Shown here: positions 22,501 to 35,614 of the stretch, piece after piece
How the letters are laid out: each line of letters begins with the position of its first letter
Position numbering within the stretch: the stretch's first letter is position 1
Assembly: GCA_016748015.1 (NCBI GenBank)
Contig: JAAOMT010000070.1
Location: forward strand, 248,001 to 312,000
Reading direction: 5' to 3'
From: Geosiphon pyriformis uo1
Taxonomy: Eukaryota > Fungi > Glomeromycota
DNA: 64,000 nt
Notes under the pieces: generated by a model
Seen by the model: the letters and a program-made list of their open reading frames with translations, nothing else
Told to the model about the DNA's origin: nothing
Databases searched by the model: none
Made by a program: the position numbers and the translations under genes

Positions 22501-23650
22501 CAAAACTGAAAAATTATCTCTGCAGAAGATGTCAAAAACACTATATAACAAAAAAATTCTGTTAAAAAGAATTTTACATACAGTTTCAATTAAAGCAATA
22601 GAGTGAGTATTCATAAAAACTTCATCTTACTTATATAATTTGGAAATCATTGAAACCTAAGCCTTTCTCCAAGATTTGAACATTGATTCACAAGATAAAT
22701 AAGAGTTTAAAAGCATCAAGAGTATATTCAAAACTGATTTGTCACAATGTTTCCAAAACTTATTTGAGATATCAGAAAAACCAACAGCTTTGTTATCAAG
22801 TAGATCAAAAATCACATTGAATATTTCATCAAAAATAACCAGACACATTACATTAAAAAAAGCATCATTAAAAACATATTTTAAAGACTGATATTGTCAA
22901 GACTATTTATTAGAAATATTAATAATCACTTTATATTTCTTAGTCCAACTCTTCATAATTTTGTCTACATTGGCTTTAACCAAATCAGATTCTAAGATCA
23001 GTTTATTATTAATAACTAAATAATCTAAAACCACTTTGCAAAATAAATGTTTCAATACATTTCTAATAGTATAACTCTTGTTTACTTCAAAATTTTCTAT
23101 CCTTTTATCAATCATCTTAAAAAAATAACTCAACACATATGTTCAAGTATGAATTTTTCTAGATGTGGTATTGTTTATATTCTTATTTATTAAAGCATTC
23201 AATTTGGCATAATTGGTTTTCTTAGTAACTATATCTTTCATGTTTTCAACATCCAACAGACTACTGATACTGCTTGCAACACTACTAACTTTGTTTCTCC
23301 AAAATTTTGAAGGTTTAACACTAAAGCCACCAATATTTAACATGCTTATAGCATTAACAGATGACTTGACTACACTATTAGTAGCAGCAGATTTCTTTGG
23401 CTTCTTGTATAATGCACTGCAAGATTGAAAACCAACCAAATGCTTATTCTTAATGCTAAACTAGGTCTTTAATCTAGCTGAGCCAATACCAAAACCACCA
23501 GCAAAAAAACTCATCAATTCTATAGCAACAAATAAAGATATATTGGAAGAAATAACTAAAATAGATAATAGAGAAAAAAAAGAGGAAAAATTATTTTTTC
23601 AGCTACTCTGTGCTCTCATTGTAACTAGAGGATCAATAAAAGAAAGAGTT
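19545..23650 (-). mobile_element. LINE-b: degenerate LINE with a large internal deletion
   Basis: RT (SAFVNNTIW), RNase H (VYTNES, WHKV) and C-terminal fragments; ORF1 N-terminus 23143-23520 joined directly to the ORF2 linker at ~23120; 5' motif at 23612-23646; 3' UTR and (TAAA)-like tail at 19545-19690. Confidence 0.88.
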
Positions 23651-24039
23651 TTTGATATTTTTTTGTTTAACAATAAAAAAATTTTTTTAAGTAAATATGA
23701 ATAATAAAAATATATTATGAATATAAATTGTAAAAAGATTATACTTAATAAAATAAAATTGTTATTTTATGTGTGTAAATTAAAATTTTTAATTCAACAA
23801 AATTTTCAAATTTTAATAACAACTTTTATTTAATAATAATAAAGATTGGTGATGGATTAATAAAAGTGTTTATTTAGATTATTGTTATTATTAAAACCTA
23901 CCATTTATTAGTAACTAAAATAAAAGGATACTAAATTAAAATATATTTCTTCAAATTTACATTTTTTTATATTTTATAATTGCCTTAATTATAACTAATA
24001 TATATATATATATTACAGTTCTAGTTTTGAAGCTTTTAG

Positions 24040-24450
24040 TGAAACAGAGGTATAAGTTTGGGCAATATAACGGCGGGAATAAATAAAAAGGGTAACGGCG
24101 AGAATAAATAGAAAGTTTGATGATATCAAAGGTAACATTTACGTGTCGACCTTTTTTTGGAATTTAGAAACACGATAACATTTTTGGCCGCCGGCCATTC
24201 TCTATTTTAGTCCACATAGAATTTCAGCAGTACAATATTTTTCATGTAATACATGAAGCCTAAATCGTTTTTAGTTGGGGTCTCTGTGCGTTATAGCTAC
24301 TTAGATTTGTTTATAGTTATACCTATCTAGTATGATTTGTAGCGAATCACAGTCTGATGAATAAGGTTAATAAATTGATTTGTTACACTATGCGCCTTTA
24401 GACAAATAACTATAAACGTACTATCAAATAAACCTTTAAAGAAACCCTCT
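24040..24450 (+). promoter_or_regulatory. CpG-retaining upstream region of the kinase gene (putative promoter)
   Basis: Numerous CG dinucleotides (cggcggg, acgtgtcgac, ggccgccggcc), unlike the CpG-depleted flanks. TATAAA at ~24411. Confidence 0.5.
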
Positions 24451-24498
24451 TTGAATAATAACTTATTCACATTTTATTCTTTGTCCGTTATTTATATC

Positions 24499-26005
24499 AT
24501 GGAAAACAAAGAAATTAAAAGAACAACTCGTCCATACGCTCATGATTGCAATGAGTGTCACTGGTGTCAACAGTATATTAAAAATAATTCGTCTAATAAT
24601 TGTAGTCCATGCCAGTTCATGTTTTTCAAAAAACATTATAAAGACTTTTCAAGTGGCAATGAAGAAGTTGATAAAATAATTAAGAATCCAATCTATATTC
24701 CACCTAATCATTCTGGTAATTGGGATAGTGAATTGAATTACTATGAATGGATTCCATGGGAACGTTTGTTGTATATCAACGAAATTGCTAGAGGAGGGTT
24801 TGGTATAATTTATAAAGCAACCTTAATTGATGGATTAATTGATGTAGAAAGTATAAAACATGATGGTTCAATGGAATATGAAAGACATAAGAAAGGGATA
24901 GAAGTAGCAATAAAAATTATAAAAACGAACAGTTCAGAAGTGTTTAAAGAGGTAAGCAAACTATTTATATTTATATATATTAATTTAATTCACATTTACC
25001 TATTATTTATTTACTATATATATTATCTATTTACTTAATCTTTTTTTACACTGTGTTTTGATAGTTATATATTCAAAGAGCTATGTTTAGTTATAATGGA
25101 TATGAAAGTTCTTCTGTCTCTAAAATATTGGGGATTACGCGAAACGCTGAAACACTCGAGTATGGAATTGTGATAGAGTTTGCCGAACATGGAGATATGC
25201 GAAAATATTTATCAAAAAATTTTCATTCTACGAGTTGGGATAATTAAATACGTATCGCATGTTATATAGCTTGGGGACTTTCAGAAATTCATCTGGTATG
25301 GTTCATCGTGACCTACATTCGGGCAACATCCTACAATTAAATGAAAACTGGGTAAATATTGGAGACCTAGGATTATGTCAACCTACAAACCATGAAGCAA
25401 CAACAACAACAATAACAATAGAGGAAAAAAAGATATTTGGAGTGATTCCATATATTCCACCAGAAGTTTTAAGAGGAGAAAAGTTTACAACAGCTGGTGA
25501 TATTTATAGTTATGGAATGTTATTATGGGAATTATCAACAGGAAAACCTCCTTTTCATGATTGTCCTCATGACGAAATCCTTATAATGGCTATTTTAAAT
25601 GGTCAAAGACCTAATATTACCTCCCCACTTATTCCACCTTCTATCCGTAAACTCATTAAAAAGTGTTGGGATGCTAATCCTAAGAATCGTCCTACTGCCA
25701 TAGAACTTAAAGATAAGTTTACGGAACTTAACTATTTGTATCATGATAATAGGTTTAAAAGATGGATACACTTTGGGAAATCAAATATCCTAACAAAAAT
25801 AGCAAAAAATGACTCGACAACAACAAAGATAGCAATTCATCCAGAAGCAGTTTATACAAGTCGTCTTTTAACTGCTCAAATGGTCAATTTTTCAACAGGT
25901 TTGTTTATTTAATTTATAAAATGATTCATTTTATTTGCTTTAATTACATATTTTAACTTTCTTTTTAAAGAATTAGTCTATTTACCAGAGAGTAAAAAAA
26001 GGTGA
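24499..26005 (+). pseudogene. Tyrosine-kinase-like protein kinase, probable pseudogene; exons 24499-24951, 25065-25898, 25971-26005
   Basis: IARGGFGIIYKA, VAIK, HRDLHSGNIL, IGDLG, YIPPEVL, DIYSYG, CWD.NP.NRP. GT-AG introns 24952-25064 and 25899-25970. In-frame TAA at 25245-25247 and a frameshift at ~25290. Confidence 0.85.
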
Positions 26006-27099
26006 AGAAAATTTTGAGTGTAATCGTTTAAATGAGTTTAAATAGATTTAATCTTTTTAATTATAAATCAATCATAATTAGATTAGAATTATATTTTATA
26101 TTTAGCAAAATTATCTTTTATTAATAAAATTTAAATATATACATGTAACATACTTTTATTTTCCATTTTACCGTTTTAAAAAAAAATTATAATTATCTTT
26201 TAATATTTATAATTAAAATATTTAATTATTTTGTTTTATATTATTTGTGATAAATTATATTAATTTAAATTAAATTAAATTAATTAATTAATTAAAATCA
26301 AAATAATCAATAATTAAAACACTAAAGCATTCTTTTTTTTTTTGTTTTCCGAAAACACTATTGGTTTTAATAGTGTTTAAAAAATAATTACTAATTATTA
26401 AAATTTTTTTAAATAATGGTTTTTACTCAAATGCTTAATAAAACTAGAAAAATCAAATTAGTTTATGTTAAAATTATGGTTTAATTTCTATATGAATTTA
26501 TTAGTTTAAAATTGATTATTAAAAACAATGTTAAATTTTTTGTATTTTAAGTTTTTTTAAATACTGTTATTAAGATTAAATTTGTTAATTTATTATTTTT
26601 TACTACTTTTAAAATTGCAAAATCTTTTATATTATTTAAATTTGCTTCTGTTTTTGCTGTTATAAATTTTTACAATAATTTTTTAACATTTTTTTAATAT
26701 AATTAAAAATGTTTTTGGTATTTTTTATAAAATTTCTAATATTAAAATAAAGTTTATTAGTTTGTAATAATATGTTAATATATATTTCAAGTTTTTTAAT
26801 ATTGTTAAATATATTTTTGCTTATTGATTAATTTTAATAATAAAAAATAACATTTGAATTTTTTTATTAATTAAAAACAAATTATTGTTTTTTATAATAT
26901 GTTAAAAATCAAATTATAAAATTTTTTTTAATTATACAGTTTTTAAATTTGATAAATTAATTTTTTAAGCTAATAATTAAACTTGTTTTATTTTTTTATT
27001 TTTTAATAATTATGTCCCAAATTCCTGAAAAAAAGTCAAAATTTTGAAAGAAGTTTTTCTGTTTTATATATACTGTTTTCTACTATTTCACAAAAAACA

Positions 27100-28949
27100 A
27101 ACCTTTTCATTGTTGGTCCAGCTGCCACTATAAGTGGCCCTAGTGTTAAGAAAAGATCAACCAGAGTTTCAACCACTGGTTTGGTTGGTGGTGATTCAGG
27201 TCATAAAATCAAGAAACCTTTCGGTGATACTAAACTCTCAAGTAGTGATACAACTCTCAAAAGTAGTGGGTCTAGTTATGTGGTCAGACAGTTTAATGGT
27301 ATGAATACTAATGGAGAAGCTTCCGAAGGTGGGGAAGTACCTGATTCTAAGATGAATACAAGCATTTCAATAATGGTGCGACTGTTGGCTCCCCTCTCGG
27401 CTCTATTAATTATGACATGGATGATGAGGAGGAAGTTTTTCTTCTTTCCTGTTTATCTTTCTCTCTGGAAAAAGTGTGGGTGGATCCCAAAATTGTTAAG
27501 TCTCAAGTAGAAGTTGCTGAGAAGAAATCGTTCGCTTTGGATATCAATCTATCTGCTGTGAAGGGGAAATCAGTGACAGTCAAGACTCAAGTTATCAGGA
27601 AATTATTTTCAACAATCAATGGTTTTGGGGAGGCCACTATCTCCTCAAAATTTGAGGGGATCATCAGATCTACCTTCACCTTTAAAGCAAGCATAGAAAA
27701 GGCCGCCTCATTGGCCAGGGAAAATGGGATCATTGTAAACACTGATTTCAAGAGACAAGGAGTTCATTCAGATCGGACTGTGGTGATAAAGGAAATTCCT
27801 ATGGACATGCCAAAAAAAATGATTGTCGCCGTAGTGTCCGAATTTGGTCAAGTGGTGTCAATCCAATTGCAACTCATTGGGCTGTGGCAGAAGGCTGTGG
27901 TGGAGTTTGCTGAATCAAGTTAGGCAGATCAGTTGACAGCTAAGTGGTCATTCTTAATTGGGAAAAATTCTGTGCATGTGGCCAAAGCTGTAAAAGATCG
28001 TGAGATGTGGGCATCTAGAGATTGGTATAGGGTGCTTTTGTTTACTTTGCCAGTAGGAACAACAGCTCATGATCTTGGTGATCTTTTGGCAGAGGCTGGT
28101 GGGAAAACTTGTGTCATAAATTGATCCTTAGACACTAGTAATAGAGTTTGTTGTGCTGTGGTTTGTTTTAAGAATGACGAGAATTTGGAGTCTGCGTTTT
28201 GTACAGAGCCTGTTTTTGGTGGAGTGAAACTTTCTTGGGCTAGATTGGACCTGGTTCAGTGTGAATGGTGTGGGAAACTTGGTCATTCTGTTCTGGAGTG
28301 TAATGCTGAGATCTCACATTCTCCTAAACTTTCCAAGTCATTTAAGAAGGTTGTCTCTAATGAGAACTGCCTCCAGTTGGCCAAGCTATATGCGAAAAAG
28401 AGTGTGTCTATTTCCAGACTGGCTGCGTTTAGCAGCAAGTCATGGGCCCAGGTTGTCTCTCTAGCATCTTCATCTAATGGTCCTCACTTTGGTTTTGGTC
28501 CTGGTTTTGGCTCTTCTTCTGGCGCCTCAGGTTTGGTTGGTCACTCGTCTCTAGCAGATTCTGTTAGTTCGATTTTGGAAACTTGTCTCGCTTCTTTGGA
28601 ACTTCTTACAGATAAGGTGTCCAGTATTATTGACAAACTTGACAGTTTAAGCCTGGTGCCCTTGGCTCTCGCCTCTTCTTTTCAGCCCTTGGTTGCCCCT
28701 GGTTCGGTTGATATGAAATTTGGTTCAGATATGGTTTTAGATGAACCTGATTCTGTGGTTATTCCTCCTTTTTCAGTTTCTTCTGGTGCCTCAAGTTTGG
28801 GTTCGAGTGGTTCAAAAATTCTGACTTTGAAAGTGGGCTGCTTAGAGTCAAAGTTGATGGCTCTAGAGGCTTCGGTTTGTTCAGTATTGGGGAAGTTAGA
28901 TCAGATGTGTGCTGGCTTTGGTTCTGTGGTCTCTTTTGTACCTCAATGA
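27100..28949 (+). pseudogene. LINE-c ORF1 (start approximate)
   Basis: RRM-like VIKEIP...FGQVVSIQLQLIGLWQKAVVEF; CEWCGKLGHSVLEC knuckle; C-terminal heptads. Confidence 0.87.
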
Positions 28950-31900
28950 ATGATTTAGTATGGAAAATAGCTACGTGTAATGTCAGGGGAATGAACAATT
29001 CAGCAAAGCAAGAGGACATTATACGTTGGCACAGAGATAGGAACAATTTAGTTTCAATTGTTACTAAGATGAAGTTAAAAGATAAGGTTTGGCCTTGGAT
29101 TGCTAGCAAATTCGATGGTGTTCGGGTCTTCATTTCTGGTTTGAATTCTGGTCATTTTGGTTCTGGGGTGGTGATCGTTATAAACAATTCTCTGGCCAAG
29201 CATGTGTGCAAAGTTTCTAAGGTCCCTGGTCATTTTATTTCTGTCAAGTTATTTTTTAGGAATAAACTATCGGTTTTTATTTTGGGTCTGTATGTTGGCG
29301 CATTGGCTTCGGTGCACTTTTCTCAGGCTGATGACGTGAATGCTTTAATTGCTAGTGCTGTGAATAAATCATCCTTTGTGGTCTTAGGTGGTGACTTCAA
29401 TGAAGATGGTTTGCATAGAAGTGCCAGTTTCAGAAAGTGTGATAGCTTGGGTCTGGTCAACTCTTTTGTTGGTAGTCCGTTTGTGAAAGTTCCAACATGA
29501 AGTAATTCCCAGGGTGTGACAAAAACAATTGATTATCTTTTTGTGTCTTCCAATTTGGTCAATGTTATTGTGGATCGTGATGTTCTGGATGTGTCCAATT
29601 TCTTTGATACTAATCATCATGCTGTCTCTGCGTCGATTGGTTTAGGTGGTCTCTTGGATACACATTTGTGTTCTGTTTGCAAACAGGCCAATAGGGATTG
29701 TTGAAAGTACAATTTTAAGGATGCTGGTGTTGCCTTGTGGTTGAGATTCAGGGAGGCCACAACAGTGAATGCTGCCATGTTCTCTGATGATTTCTTGGCC
29801 GCCAGGGAACTGTCAGATTTGGATGCGATGTGGAATGCTGTTCGGAAAACAATGAGCTTTTTGGCAAGTGAAGTTTTCAGGAAAAAATGGTTTAAAGGTT
29901 ATGACGGCGTTTTCACTAAGCATTCATTCAGGTTCCATAAATTAAAACTTTTGGTGTCCAAGTTAGTCAAGGCTTCCCGTTCTGTTGATTGTGATGTATT
30001 CATATTGCTGCTTCATACTTGGGAATTGCTTGATTCTGCTGGTGCTGCTGTAGTGAGGTCTCTTTTTCTCTCAAGGTCTCCTTTTGACAACATTTGTTTA
30101 GCTCTGTCCAAAGCCAGAAAGTCTTATCATGCCTCAAAGTTGTCAGAATCAAAACGTGCTAAAGATTCACAAATCAGATCTGCTATTGATAAGAGGATGG
30201 AGAGCTTTGAATCTAATAAGGGTCATACTATTAAAAGTGTCTTGGAGAGGCCTTTCTACAAGATGGTTTTGGATCATTTGGTCATTGGTGATGAGCTGTA
30301 TTTGGAACCTGATTCTGTTAAAAAAAAAGTGGATGAGATTATAGAGGGGTGGACTCATAAACGTGGAGTGGTTCTTGATATTCCAGGGAATTGGTTTTGC
30401 CAATATTGGCCTTTGGATTACGTGTTTGATGGTGCTTTTTTAGATGTGATGAGCTGTGTTAGTTTTGATAAAATGTCTGGCATGGTCTCTGACCTACCTG
30501 ACAGGAAGGCTGCTGGTCTCTCAGGCATCTCCAATGAACTTTGGAAGCACTGTGACAAATCTGTTCTTGATATGCTCTTGGTGTTTATTAATTCTTGTCT
30601 TTGTGGTGAGTCTGTGCCTGGTGCTTGGAAGGAAGCCTGGGTGTCAATGATTCCCAAACCTTATGAATGAGAGGGCGTGTTCACAAACACTCGTCCTATT
30701 GTTCTGATTAAGACAGCTCGAAAAATTCTTTCCAAGATTCTCTCTAATAGGATCTCTTTGGCATGTAGCAAGTTTGATGTTCTTTGTGGAGACAATTTTT
30801 CGGTTCTTAAAGGCACTACAACTCAGTCTCCCATTTTTGCGATTGGTTTGGTAATCAAGAATGCTCTTGAAAAAAACTGGGAGCTCTGGCTGGTTTTACA
30901 AGACATGTGGAAAGCATATGACTCAGTCAGTTGGGATTATCTTAAGAAAAGTTTGGTTAGAATAAAAATGTGCTGCAAGTTTATTAGGTTTTTTGGAAAT
31001 ATTTATGGTGGTTGCACCAACCAGGTTATGACTAATTTTGGGTTGATGAATGGTTATCATGTACACGATGGCTTGGACCAAAGGGAGGTGTTTTCATCTC
31101 TTCTTTGGCATATATTTTACGATCCTCTCTTGTGTGAAGTTAAGAGGCAGGAAAGTGTGTGTGGTTATAGGTTAAACTCTCATTTCGTTGCTAAGACGGG
31201 CCATGTGAAGTCTCAGACTGGTTTGTTGTTTTTCTTTACTGCTGGCGCTTTTGTGGATGATATGATCTGGGTGGGTAGCAGTCAGACTGTCACTCAACAC
31301 ATTTTTGATGTGGCTAGTGAATTTTTCCACATCAATGATATTTTTATTAATAATGATAAGACAGTGGCCATTCCAATTAATAGCCGTGTTAGTGCATCTT
31401 CTCTTTTCATCAGTGGGTCCCCTATTTCAATAGCTAAATCAGGCGAATCACATCATTATCTGGGTATTTTTGTGTCATCTGAGGAACTGTTAAAGCCCAG
31501 CCTGGCAAAAACACATTCAGATGTTTGTTTTTTTATCAATATGGTTCTAAGAAAGACCATATTAGACAAACAATTTCTATATTTAGTGTCGGCTGTCCTC
31601 CATCCCATCATCAGTTATAGGACTCAGTTTAGTTTTGTTCCTGTTAGTGTGTGTAATAAGTGGAATGCTTTGATTCACAGAGGCTTGAAATCCAAGTCTG
31701 GATTATCTTTTGATTTTTCTAGTAACACGATCCATCACTCTTCATTCTATGGGTTGAAATTTTTTGTTTAGATTCAATTGGAGAGTAAAATCGCTTCCCT
31801 TATTTGTTTTGCAAACTCAGTGGGAATCCTGAGTTACCTATTCTCCCACAGATCTCATGACTTACAAGTCTCGTGTTGGTGCCCTGTTCATCCTTTAAGT

Positions 31901-33370
31901 GTTCCTGTTTGTGTTTGAGTCAGCCCTTTGAATAACTTCTTAGTGGGGGTTGTTCGTGTTTTTCTCAATTGCAATTTATCTTTGAGTGGTTTTTTTGATA
32001 GTCTATTTCGGCTTTGTGGTGGGATACCCATGTCTACCGTTCTCGGTGAGTCTAGATTTGTCAGGTTCTTTCTTTCACTCTGGCAATATGGCATTGCCTT
32101 TGTTAACCAACTCCATGATCATCATGGTGCCGTGTTTGACTGGTACAAATTCAAGCGGTGAAAGAGGTTGGACCCCTGTGGTCCAATTCCTGAGTGGTTT
32201 ACGCTTTCTGTCGAGTTTCTGTCTGGTACGTCTTCTCCTCGTGCTCTTTTTCCTGCTTTGGTTGATGTGGGTCTTCAGAGTATTCTCATCTCTCCTGGCT
32301 TTGTGTTGGTTCGTGATCGGCTTTCCCAAGTTCTTTCTAGTAGCATTTCTGTTTATATGGATGGATCTCTAACAAACTTTGGTACCAAAAATTGCACAGC
32401 TGGGGCTGGAGTTTTTTTCAGTAACATTGATCTGGGTTTGGGTGTTGGAGTTTTGGGTCTGTTGTCTTCTACTTTGGTGGAAATGCAAGCTATTGCACTG
32501 GCACTGGAGTGTGTCCCCCATTTTAGTTTTGTTCGTCTGTTCTCTGATAGTCAAGCTGCTCTGGATGTCTACAAGACGGAATTGGGTCTGGTGCATCCAG
32601 ATTTTTGCAATTGCTGTTGGGTCGAATGCCAGCATATTGTAAACATTATTCGTGGCAAAAATTTGATGGTTGAATGGCACAAAGTGAGAGGTCACTCTGG
32701 TGTGATTGGAAATGAACGTGCTGATGCTATAGCTGGGGCTTCTTCTTACTCGGGCTGGTTTCTTCCTTCTCAATTACATGTGCGCTTCTTGTTGGCAGAC
32801 AGTGGGACTGTTTCTGGCAATTCTAGGCATTTTGTTCATAACATTTTTTGTTCCATCAGTTGTGCGCACTGGGAGGTTGGTTCTGGTTCTAAATTTCTGC
32901 CTGCCAGTTTTTTCATGAACATTGATTGGTCCTGCTCCTCACTGGTATGGCATCCTGATTCACACATGGCCACTGGCCACACTAGCAAGCCCACAGCAAA
33001 TGTGCGCAGTTTTTTCATGAAGGCATTGCACTACTGGCTGCCTATTGCTGTTCGTAAACACCTATATAACAGAAGATACCCCAGTGTATTGTGCTTATAT
33101 TGTGGTGAGGTGGAGACATCAGATCATGCTTTCTCTTGCAAGGTTGATGACTCTGCGCGTCTTCAGATACTGGATACATGTTCAAAATCTTGGAGGGTGC
33201 TTTCTGGCCTGTCTCTCTCTTTTTCTTGTATGCTGTAATTGTTGTCTTCTTGTGCCTCTGATGTCTCTGTATTTACAGCTTTCTTTAAAGGGTTTGTTTT
33301 TAATGAGTGGCTTCATGAAACTGTCTCTGTTTTCAAATCTCACAAGGTTGTTAGTTCGAATATTGTTAAA
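28946..33370 (+). pseudogene. LINE-c ORF2 (APE-RT-RNase H-CCHC)
   Basis: IATCNVRG, GGDFNE, IDYLF, KAAGLSGI, RPIVLI, KAYDSV, AFVDD, VYMDGS, SDSQ, VRGHSGVIGNERAD, CLYCGEVETSDHAFSC. Confidence 0.94.
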
Positions 33371-35610
33371 ATAATAAAAATAAAAATTGTTAATTAAAAA
33401 TTAATTTTGTTTAAATAATACTTTTTTATAATTATAAAAGGCTTAATTTATATTTTTTAACAAAATAATAGTTTTAATATTTAAATAAATTCAATTTATT
33501 AAAAAAAAATTTTTAATTAAAATTATAATTAAAAAAAATAAAATATTTGTTTTACTTAATTTTTCTAATATTTATATTAATTTTATAATAGTTGTATCAA
33601 TTATAATACTTAATTTAAATATGGTTGTAAATAATTCTTTTTTTATAAATAATAATAGTAATAATTATATTTATTAAAATTAATTTTAATTAATACATAA
33701 TTAAGTTATTAATATATTAAATTTTAATTAATTATTACTATTTTTAAAAACAAAACAAATATTTTTTATATATTTTTTTATATATTTATTTATTTAAATT
33801 TAAAAATTTAATTAAATAAAAATTAATTTTTTTTTTAAAAAAATATTGTTAATAGAAAATATTTTTAATAAGTTTTTATTATATAGATTATACAAAAAAT
33901 TAAATTAAAATTTAGCTTCAATTTTAATTTGCTAATTGATTCTTTAAACTTAAAGATTAAATAGATAATATATAATAGTAAAATATAAATAAAATTATAT
34001 TTGTTATAATATTTAAAATAATATAAAATAAAATAATAATTACAAAGTTTAATATTAAAATTAATAGGTTATTATTTTTGGTTTTTATAAATTAATATTA
34101 AAACTTAAATAATAATTTTAAATTTTTTTTGAATTAGTTAACAAATTAAAAAAAGTTTGCTTATTAATATATTTATCTAATATATTTTTAATAATAAAAA
34201 TTTTAGTTAATATTATATTGTTAATTTTAGTTATAATTTTTTTTGATATATTGAAAATATATTTGTAATTTTATTATAAATTGGTTTAATTTATCATTAT
34301 TATTATTATTATTATTAAATTTTTGTTTTTTTGTTTTTTTACAGCATATATTTACAAATATATTCACATAAAAACTAGTATTTATTATTTAATTTAAACT
34401 TTTTTTACAAAAAATTATTTTATGTAAAAATTTTCAATTAATAATCTAATTTTTTTATAATTTTTTTAGTTTTAAAGATAAATTTTATTTAATTCATTTA
34501 TTTTATATTAAACTCAATTAAATTTGTAATATATATTTTTAATGATTTTTTTAGTATTAAATTAATAATGTAAATAAAAAAACAATATTAATTAACTAAA
34601 AATAAATTAATAAAAAATTTTAATAAAAAATTCAAAATATAACCAATAAATAATAAATAATAATATTTAATTACAAAAAAATATATTAATTATTTTATAT
34701 GATTTTTTTACAAAATTCACAAATTAAAAATATTTTAATCTAAATAAATAATTTATAATATATTTTATAATTTATACATAAGTTTGTATTCTTAAATTAA
34801 ATATATTAAAATTTTTTAAATATTTAAATATTATATTTATTATAAAGAATTTATTATTATTATTATTATTTATTATTTAATATTAATTTTATAAAAATAT
34901 TTTTATTTTTTCTAATTTTTATTAAATAATTCAATTTTAGCTTATACAAAAAATTAAAATTAAAAATAATTATTTACAATTATTCACTCAAAAATAAAAT
35001 TTTAAATAGAAATTTATTAACTATATCTTTGTATTTACTTTATATATTGTTAATTTAATCAATTTTTAAATCTTAAATTTAACTTTACAAAAATATTTAA
35101 ATTCTGGTTTTTCAATATTGAATATAATAAATAAAATACTTACTATTTGTAAAAAATTGTGGTTTTAAAATCAAACTGGTTTTTATATTTTGTTTTTTTT
35201 TAATAGTATTTTATATCTCTTTGAAATAAAGTACTTTTTTATTAATAAGTTAATTTAAATTACAATTATTGTAAACTACAATATTTTTTTGTTAAAGTTA
35301 TTCTGTAGTATCATAAAAACACAAATTATATTATTATTTTTATTAATCAATTTTCAAATATATTAAAATATATATGTTTTAATTATAAAACATTTTCTAT
35401 TAATTATATTAAATTATATATAAATAGAATATATATTATTTAAAGCTGTTTTTTTTTGAAATAAATTTACAGAAAATAATATAGAATTATTAAAAAATAT
35501 TATAAATTTTTCTAAAAAATAAAGAGTATTTAGCAAGACAACAAAATTTAAAAACAAACAAACCAATTTTTAAAGATTTGCTTTCAAAATAAAAATATTT
35601 CTAAATATAA
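33370..35610. other. Extremely AT-rich low-complexity tract, with short (TAT)n runs at ~34296-34317 and ~34852-34878
   Basis: Almost no G/C and no ORFs in the track. Confidence 0.8.
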
Positions 35611-35614
35611 GAAG

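Larger units (their letters stand above)
27070..33370 (+). mobile_element. LINE-c: near-full-length LINE, 3' end lost
   Basis: ORF1 then ORF2 with APE, RT, RNase H and CCHC. The sequence turns abruptly AT-rich at ~33370, before the ORF2 stop and 3' UTR. Confidence 0.94.

Noticed and set aside
25234-25269. 36-nt GT-AG mini-intron that could remove the kinase premature stop
   Set aside because: It would delete a conserved helix region and, being a multiple of 3, would not repair the downstream frameshift.
33370-35610. Centromere, replication origin or organellar DNA insert
   Set aside because: No periodic repeat, gene remnant or diagnostic motif is visible. Decayed repeat DNA is the simpler reading, though also unproven.
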